DNA of 64,000 bases, from assembly GCA_027310565.1 (NCBI GenBank), contig DAIDAP010000037.1, forward strand, positions 256,163 through 320,162, given 5' to 3'. The stretch's first letter is position 1. Every line of letters starts with the position of its first letter. Below are positions 58,641 to 64,000 of this stretch, piece after piece. The notes beneath the pieces were generated by a model. It did not search any database and was not told the origin of the DNA. It was given only the letters and a program-made list of their open reading frames with translations. The stretch comes from Chloroflexota bacterium (GTDB lineage Bacteria; Chloroflexota; Limnocylindria; P2-11E). The position numbers and the translations under genes were made by a program.

Positions 58641-58942
58641 TGGACGAGGGTCCGGTCTGGCGCGAGCACGTCATGGGAGAGCTCGCATGCCCGGCCTGTG
58701 GCACCCCGTTCGGGCAGGGTGACCTCGACTTCGCACCGCTTGGCGAGGGCGGCTGGATCTTCGACTGCCTGTGCCGAGCCTGCCGCCGGCGCAGCTTCTG
58801 CATCGTGACGCTCCGCGAGGCGCGGGCGCCGGGCGGTCACCGCGAGCCGACGATCACGATGGACGACGTGCTCGATGCCCACCGCGTCCTGAGCCGCTAC
58901 CGCGGCGACGCGAACGGGCTGTTCGTGCGTCCGGCCGTCTGA
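58641..58942 (+). CDS. Hypothetical small zinc-ribbon protein
   Basis: CPACG...C..CRAC motif pair. It lies at the C-terminal end of a long artefactual ORF. Confidence 0.25.
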
Positions 58943-58972
58943 GCGGCGCCCCGGCACGTCGATAGATCCGGG

Positions 58973-59386
58973 CTACCGAACGACGAACGAGGTCCTCGCC
59001 GACTCCCCGGCGCACCGGACCACGATCGGCCAGTCCCCGGGCGTCGTGGCCGCGCCGACCGTCCAGGACCAGACGGCGATGCCGTCCGGACCGGCGACGC
59101 GCGGCTCGAGGCCGTCCGCCACGCTCTGCCCGCTCCGGTACAGCACGGTGATGGAGCACGCCGCTCCGGGAGCGGTCGCGACGGCCACCCGCCCGGTGCC
59201 ACCGCGAACGACCGGACTGCGTACCGACGTGAAGCGAACGGCGCCGAGCGCCGGTGTGGTCGCGCTGGCCGGCGCGCTCGGGCTCGGCTGCCCGCCGCTC
59301 CGGAGATCGCGCGGCACCGCCCGCGGCGGTGCGCAGGACATCGCGAGCGCCGCGACGACGAGCACAGGGGTCACGCCGCGCATCAC
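58973..59386 (-). CDS. Hypothetical lipoprotein
   Basis: Signal peptide with lipobox LAMSC; ~115-aa mature domain, no family call. Confidence 0.4.
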   Translation of the reverse strand: MMRGVTPVLVVAALAMSCAPPRAVPRDLRSGGQPSPSAPASATTPALGAVRFTSVRSPVVRGGTGRVAVATAPGAACSITVLYRSGQSVADGLEPRVAGPDGIAVWSWTVGAATTPGDWPIVVRCAGESARTSFVVR

Positions 59387-59435
59387 TCGATACGACGGAC
59401 GGTCCTTGCTCGCTACGATGCCCGCCGGAGGGGTG

Positions 59436-60065
59436 ATGCCGCGTCACCGCGTCGCGTGGGTCGCCATGGTCGCGCTCATGGCCGCGTGCGCACCGGGAGC
59501 ACTGCCGCAGGAGCCGGTCGGCTCGGGGCGCGCGGCCTCGGCCTCGCCTGAGCCGCCGGCCGCATCGGCGCCGCCGGAGGCGACCGCGCCGGCCGACGTC
59601 GCGGCGAGCTCCGCCCGGCGTGAGCGTGCGCGGGTGGTCTCGGTGACCGACGGCGACACGATCCGCGTCAGCATCGACGGGCGCGGCGTCTCGGTCCGCT
59701 ACATCGGCATCGACGCCCCGGAGACGGTGGATCCCCGCCGGCCCGTCGGGTGCTTCGGGAAAGAGGCGTCGGACGCGAACACCCGGCTCGTCGCGGGCAG
59801 GACCGTCGAGCTCGAGAAGGACGTGAGCGAGACCGACCGCTACGGGCGGCTGCTGCGGTACGTGTACGTCGAGGTCGAGGGGCGCGGGATGGTGATGGTC
59901 AACGAGGAGCTCGTCCGAGCGGGCTACGCGCGAGCCTCGACGTACCCGCCCGACGTCAAGTACGAGGATCGCTTCAGGGCGCTCGAGGCCCAGGCGCGGG
60001 CCGGCGGCGCCGGCCTCTGGGGACCCGCGTGCGCGCCAGAACCGCACCGGAGTACGTCAGCTTGA
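59436..60065 (+). CDS. Thermonuclease (SNase/micrococcal-nuclease-like) lipoprotein
   Basis: Lipobox LMAAC. SNase motifs VVSVTDGDTIRV, RYIGIDAPE, RYGRLLRYVYV. ATG 59436 follows GGAGGGG. Confidence 0.75.
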   Translation: MPRHRVAWVAMVALMAACAPGALPQEPVGSGRAASASPEPPAASAPPEATAPADVAASSARRERARVVSVTDGDTIRVSIDGRGVSVRYIGIDAPETVDPRRPVGCFGKEASDANTRLVAGRTVELEKDVSETDRYGRLLRYVYVEVEGRGMVMVNEELVRAGYARASTYPPDVKYEDRFRALEAQARAGGAGLWGPACAPEPHRSTSA

Positions 60066-60081
60066 AGTTCCCAGAGCGCGC

Positions 60082-60420
60082 ATGGACATCCTCGCCGCCT
60101 TCCGTGAGCTCGGCAGCTACCGCGCCGCGGCCGACCTCTGCGGCACCACGCACAAGACCGTTCGGCGCAGCCTCGAGCGACAGCAGCAGAGTCCGCCGCC
60201 GCGCCCACCCGCCGGCACGACACCGCCGTCGCCGCCGACGTCGCGCGCCAGAAGGTCGCGTCGACCGACGGGCGCATCTCGGCCCAAGCGGCTGCTGCCG
60301 TTGGCGCGAGCGGTCGGGTACAGCGGATCGGCGCGCAACCTCCGGCGCCTGGTGCGCGCCGAGAGGGAGGCGTGGCGAATCGCCCTGTCGAGCCAAGCGC
60401 GCGGCCGCGTCGGGTCGGCT
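60082..60420 (+). mobile_element. IS21-family (IstA-like) transposase N-terminal HTH fragment (IS remnant)
   Basis: MDILAAFRELGSYRAAADLCGTTHKTVRRSLERQ matches the IstA N-terminal HTH. The reading frame degenerates after ~110 aa, and there are no catalytic DDE domain, IstB or inverted repeats. Confidence 0.55.
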
Positions 60421-60458
60421 GTACAGCGCGCGGACCATCTCCTTGGACCCTGTGCTGA

Positions 60459-61319
60459 TCAGCCCGTCGCGCGCGCTGCGGCCGCAAGGCTGCGCCGCAC
60501 GAGCACTATGACCAGCACGATGATGACCGCGACGGGGAGGGCCGCCCACGCGCCGAGCTGCTCTGTGATCCCGGCGGTGCCGCCGCGCAGCCACGCGTAC
60601 AGGCCCATGAGGAACTCGGGGCTGTAGCTCGTCGCGCCCGTCAGAGCGACCCACAGCACCAGCACGCCCATCGACCACAGCAGCAGCGCCGACGCGATCC
60701 CAGTGCTCGTCGTGTGGACCTCGCGTCCGGCGAGGCGGAGCGTGACGACTCGTGTGCGCAGCGCCGGGTGCGACAAGATGTCCAGACGCTGCCCGAACAG
60801 CGCGATGACGAGCAGCGGGAACACCATCCCGACCACGTATAGCAGCCCGATCGCGACGGCCATCCACCAGGTCGGCGCGGTGATACCGAGAGCGAGCACG
60901 CCGGCGAGCACCGGCGCGCAGCAGGAGCTCGCCACACCCGAGAAGGCGCCGAGCGCGAAGGCCGAGGCGCCGCCGGGGCGCCCGAGCTTCGGGCTCCACG
61001 GCACGGGAAGCGACCACCCGCCGCGGAGGGCGAGCACGCCGAGGAGAAGCAGCAGCACGCCTCCGAGGACGAACAGCTGCTCGTGCAATTGGGGCACGAG
61101 TTGCGCGAGCCCAGCGATCCCCCAGGCGATGGGAAGGAGCACGACGGCGAGGCCAGCCGCGAAGATGAGCGTCATGCGCACGAGCTGCCAGCGTCCGTGC
61201 TGGACGCCTGCGGCGAGGTAGCTCGGCAGGAGGAAGGTGAGGCAGCACGGCGCGATGAGCGCAAGCATCCCGCCGAAGAAGGCGGCCGCGAGCGAGACCG
61301 GGCCGAGGAACGGATCCAT
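60459..61319 (-). CDS. ccdA: Cytochrome c-type biogenesis / thiol-disulfide transporter CcdA (DsbD TM-domain family)
   Basis: Polytopic; paired Cys in TM1 (LIAPCCLTFL) plus a second Cys pair (SSCCAPVLA). Confidence 0.7.
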   Translation of the reverse strand: MDPFLGPVSLAAAFFGGMLALIAPCCLTFLLPSYLAAGVQHGRWQLVRMTLIFAAGLAVVLLPIAWGIAGLAQLVPQLHEQLFVLGGVLLLLLGVLALRGGWSLPVPWSPKLGRPGGASAFALGAFSGVASSCCAPVLAGVLALGITAPTWWMAVAIGLLYVVGMVFPLLVIALFGQRLDILSHPALRTRVVTLRLAGREVHTTSTGIASALLLWSMGVLVLWVALTGATSYSPEFLMGLYAWLRGGTAGITEQLGAWAALPVAVIIVLVIVLVRRSLAAAARATG

Positions 61320-61323
61320 GACC

Positions 61324-61593
61324 TCAGCTCTTGTTCAGCGTCTTCTGCGGTGCCTCGAGCGCGGCGCGGATGCGCTTCTCCGACGGGCGTCCGTACTGCA
61401 CGAACGTGCCGTCGACGAAGATCGCCGGCGGGAAGAGCGCGCCGTTGTCGAGCATGAGCGCTCGGTCCGCCTCGCTGTCAACGATGCGAACCGTCGTGCG
61501 CAGGTCGAACTCACCCGACAGCCGCTCGAGCAGCTTCCGCGCGTCCTCGCACCAGTGGCACCCGGGGGCGGTGAGCACGAGGACCTCGGTCAC
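61324..61593 (-). CDS. Glutaredoxin/thioredoxin-like CxxC protein
   Basis: TAPGCHWCEDARKLL. GTGA overlap with the upstream TlpA-like gene. Confidence 0.6.
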   Translation of the reverse strand: MTEVLVLTAPGCHWCEDARKLLERLSGEFDLRTTVRIVDSEADRALMLDNGALFPPAIFVDGTFVQYGRPSEKRIRAALEAPQKTLNKS

Positions 61594-62249
61594 TTGCCGA
61601 GCGCCTTCGCCACGTCGTCGAGGAGCTGCGGGACCGGCACGTACATCTCGACCGCGTCCTGTCGCCAAAGGACCTTGCCGCTCTGGTCAAGGAGGACGAA
61701 CGCGTGTCCGGGCGTCTGCTCCGGGTGCATGCTCACGAAGACCGTCCCGTACTGTCGAGAGACGCTGAGCGTCTCATCGGAAAGCAGAGGCATGCCGAGG
61801 ACGTTCTCCTGACGCGCTCCCTCCTTCAGTTGGCCTAGCGGGTTGGGCGCGATGCTGACGAGCTTCACATTCAACTCTCCGAGGCGCGCCTCCTCACGCC
61901 GGATGTCGCGCATCTCCTGGAAGCACGGCGGGCAACCCAGCCCCTCCTGGAAGAACAGCAGGACGTTCGACGACTTCTGCGCATCCGCGAGGCGGAACGT
62001 CGTGCCGTTCACGTCGGGAAGGCTGAAGTCCGGCGCGGTCTTGCCGACGACGAGCACGATGCGCGGATCGGTGCCGGCGGTTGCGGTGGTGCCGGCGGTG
62101 TTGCCGGCCGGCTGGGGGGTATCGAACGCGCCCGTGGCGCGGGCGACTCCAATGAGCGCGACGACCGCGACCCCGAGGACGAGCGGCGCGAGCCATGGCC
62201 GCGCCCTACGTGCTCGTCGCCGCTGCCGGTCCGGCTGACCCATGTGCAC
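61590..62249 (-). CDS. TlpA/ResA-like membrane-anchored thiol-disulfide oxidoreductase (redoxin)
   Basis: TM anchor; GKTAPDFSLPD...FFQEGLGCPPCFQE (AhpC/TSA-redoxin fold with CPPC). Confidence 0.7.
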   Translation of the reverse strand: MHMGQPDRQRRRARRARPWLAPLVLGVAVVALIGVARATGAFDTPQPAGNTAGTTATAGTDPRIVLVVGKTAPDFSLPDVNGTTFRLADAQKSSNVLLFFQEGLGCPPCFQEMRDIRREEARLGELNVKLVSIAPNPLGQLKEGARQENVLGMPLLSDETLSVSRQYGTVFVSMHPEQTPGHAFVLLDQSGKVLWRQDAVEMYVPVPQLLDDVAKALGK

Positions 62250-62955
62250 CTCCGCGGAACGCCTTGTCCCGCACCCGCTTGTCCGTCGTCACGCGAGGGA
62301 ACGCGCGAGGCGACCGCGAAGGCCGATGTCCCGGCTATCGCCCCCGGACGAGCCCGTCGTCGCCTTCGTAGGCCATCTCGTCTGATACGCCGGAGAGCGC
62401 CTCGTCCGCCCCCGCTGCACCTGCCGCAGGAGGTCACGCTGACTCCGGTACGACAGATCGAGCGTCGCGCCTGGATCCTCGGCGAGGAGCGCACGAATGC
62501 TGCCGTCCCGGTCGGTACGCGTCATCGGCACGATGATGGGGAAGGAGGATTAGCCGGGGCTGTGAGAGCGCTTAGCGCCGCATGAGAGGACGCACGTGTC
62601 CTGTTCGAGCGAGATCCCCGGCGGAGCGCTGCTCCGTCCGGTGCGCAACGTCGTCCCGCGCCATCAGCTGCGACTGCCGCGCGACCTCGCCCTTGCGGCC
62701 GCTCTGTTCGCCCCCTCCGTGGCTCGCGAGATGCGTCGACGCCCGTCCGGCGCCGAGCAGGCGCCGAGCCCGACCCGCCCGGGCCTTTCCGCTCTCAGAC
62801 CCTGCCAAGCCAAGATGCGGCCTCGTCTCAGCGGCGCTGCGTAGCGTGCAGGCCGGAAGCCACGCCCGGGAGGCAGGGATCGACATGGTGCGCACGATCG
62901 AGCGCGTGAGCGTGCGGCTGCACGACGCGCTCGAGGCGACCGTGGCCGCGAGCGC

Positions 62956-63909
62956 GTGAACGGCGCCGGGCGGACGTTCCCGCTGGTCGGCACGGTGCCG
63001 CGGCCTGCGGCCGTTCGCGCGCGTGGCGGTTCGCGCGAGGTCGTACATCGGGCCGGGCCGATCGCCTGCACCGAGATGGGCACGGGAACGCCGACGCTGG
63101 TGTTCCTCCCCGGCCTCGGCGCCACCTCGCGGTACTGGGAGCGGCGTGTGGCGCCGCTCGCCGGATCGCACCGTCTGGTCCTGGTGGACCTGCTGGGCTT
63201 CGGTCGTTCGCCAAAGCCGTGGACCCGCTACACCGTCGAGCGACACGTGGAGGAGCTGCACCGGATCCTCGATGGCCGCGGACCGGTGACGATCGTCGGT
63301 CACTCGTTCGGCTGCACGGTCAGCATGGCCTACGCGTCTCGCCATCCCGAGCAGGTGAGCGGCCTCGTGCTGCTGAGCCCGCCGTACTTCGGGAGCGAGC
63401 GGCAGGCGATCGAGCACGTGCGGGGTGCCTACGCGCCCATCGGGTGGATCCTCACGAACATCGCGCTCGCGAGCGTGGCCTGCGTCGTCACCCGGCGCGT
63501 GCTGGGGCGCCTGCTGCCCTACCTCATCCGCGATCAGCCGCGCGAGCTGGTCGAGGACCTGGTGCGCCACACCTGGCGCTCGTTCACCTCCACCCTATGG
63601 GAGGGCATCTACCGCTACGACCCCGGTGCGGACGCGGTGCACCTGCCGCCGCGGCTGCCCGTGCTCATCCTGCACGGGGACCAGGACCGGACCGCGCCGC
63701 TCGACGGCGCCAGGTCGCTCGCCGCAATGATCCCGGGTGCCACGCTGCGCGTGCTCCGCGGCGTCGACCACGACCCGCTCGCGCGACGCACCGCCTGGTG
63801 CGTCGATGTGCTCCACGAGTTCGTCGCCGAGAGGTCGCGTCGACCTCGCGCGCATCGTCGCGACCAACACCCACACGCCTCGTACCCCGCGCTCGAAACG
63901 CACGCCTGA
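62956..63909 (+). CDS. Alpha/beta hydrolase
   Basis: LVFLPGLG, nucleophile elbow GHSFG, late His (VDHDPL). The start may be internal (~63040). Confidence 0.7.
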   Translation: MNGAGRTFPLVGTVPRPAAVRARGGSREVVHRAGPIACTEMGTGTPTLVFLPGLGATSRYWERRVAPLAGSHRLVLVDLLGFGRSPKPWTRYTVERHVEELHRILDGRGPVTIVGHSFGCTVSMAYASRHPEQVSGLVLLSPPYFGSERQAIEHVRGAYAPIGWILTNIALASVACVVTRRVLGRLLPYLIRDQPRELVEDLVRHTWRSFTSTLWEGIYRYDPGADAVHLPPRLPVLILHGDQDRTAPLDGARSLAAMIPGATLRVLRGVDHDPLARRTAWCVDVLHEFVAERSRRPRAHRRDQHPHASYPALETHA

Positions 63910-63944
63910 TCGCCCCGACCGCTCGATGCGTCAGACGTCACACT

Positions 63945-64000
63945 GAGGCGACGGTGGGAATCGAACCCACGGTCGGGGTTTTGCAGACCCCTGCCTTAAC
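63945..64000 (-). tRNA. tRNA-Cys (GCA), 3' portion; 5' part lies beyond the window
   Basis: Minus-strand sequence ...GGGGU-CUGCAAA-ACCCC (anticodon GCA), T-arm GUGGG-UUCGAUU-CCCAC, acceptor CGUCGCC plus discriminator U, typical of tRNA-Cys. Confidence 0.55.

Noticed and set aside
58973-59386. Possibility that the 137-aa minus-strand lipoprotein ORF is an artefact
   Set aside because: It is kept as a low-confidence CDS because it has a clean signal peptide and lipobox and does not overlap the SNase gene (start 59436). It does overlap the 5' junk portion of the 339-aa plus-strand ORF, which I consider untranslated.

Overview
High-GC (~70%) bacterial chromosomal window, probably an actinobacterium or similar Terrabacteria lineage; supporting clues are an F420-type DUF385 gene, glnII, a PPi-type PFK and a Tad pilus. 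Genes are densely packed with frequent 4-nt start/stop overlaps. The 60-aa ORF track contains many long, Arg/Ala-rich antisense ORFs that are GC artefacts, and these were discarded.

Main content, left to right:
- GGDEF protein, NUDIX hydrolase, ABC-2 exporter pair, LCP-family protein, branched-chain aminotransferase, CaCA-type exchanger.
- BMP-family nucleoside-type ABC importer (lipoprotein, tandem ATPase, two permeases).
- TctCBA tricarboxylate transporter.
- A FadR-subfamily GntR regulator translationally coupled to a three-gene 2-oxoacid:ferredoxin oxidoreductase (fused gamma-delta, alpha, beta).
- A collagen-like (Gly-X-Thr) surface protein, convergent on and sitting just downstream of the oxidoreductase beta gene.
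- A decayed partial copy of the oxidoreductase beta gene 3' end, abutting a truncated PIN/VapC gene.
- rpsF-ssb-rpsR, an MFS transporter, tRNA-Leu(UAA), an FAD oxidoreductase, an alpha/beta hydrolase, an F420-type DUF385 protein.
- A Tat-less molybdopterin oxidoreductase whose partner is a fused [4Fe-4S]-ferredoxin/NrfD membrane subunit, next to a DsrE-like fragment and a TauE/SafE exporter (SoeABC-like sulfur module).
- A complete Tad/Flp-pilus assembly locus (TadG-like, LuxR-type regulator, two TadE, CpaB, CpaE, CpaF, TadB, TadC) followed by an 831-aa SdrD/CnaB-repeat adhesin.
- A short LeuA/CimA-like synthase with leuC and leuD, behind a ~430-nt structured leader.
- ECF sigma/anti-sigma pair followed by a secreted protein made of five 2-Cys repeats.
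- GNAT/NDP-forming acyl-CoA synthetase fusion, PPi-type phosphofructokinase, type II glutamine synthetase, SNase-like lipoprotein, IS21-family transposase remnant, CcdA/glutaredoxin/TlpA thiol-redox cluster, an alpha/beta hydrolase and a partial tRNA-Cys.

Most notable observations:
1. Two paralogous sortase-fold proteins keep the His and Arg motifs but carry Ser where the catalytic Cys of the TLxTC motif should be. One sits inside the Tad locus; the other is convergent with the adhesin, which ends in an LPSTS + hydrophobic + RRG sorting-signal-like tail.
2. The palindrome TGGTCAGACCA (a FadR-type operator) recurs upstream of BCAT/CaCA, tctC, the GntR gene itself and the TauE/DsrE pair, predicting a regulon.
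3. A rearrangement scar: collagen-like gene, oxidoreductase-beta ghost, and truncated vapC.
4. A Soe-like cytoplasm-facing Mo enzyme with a fused FeS-NrfD subunit.
5. A Cys-repeat protein under ECF sigma control.

No CRISPR array, rRNA or intact IS element was found.
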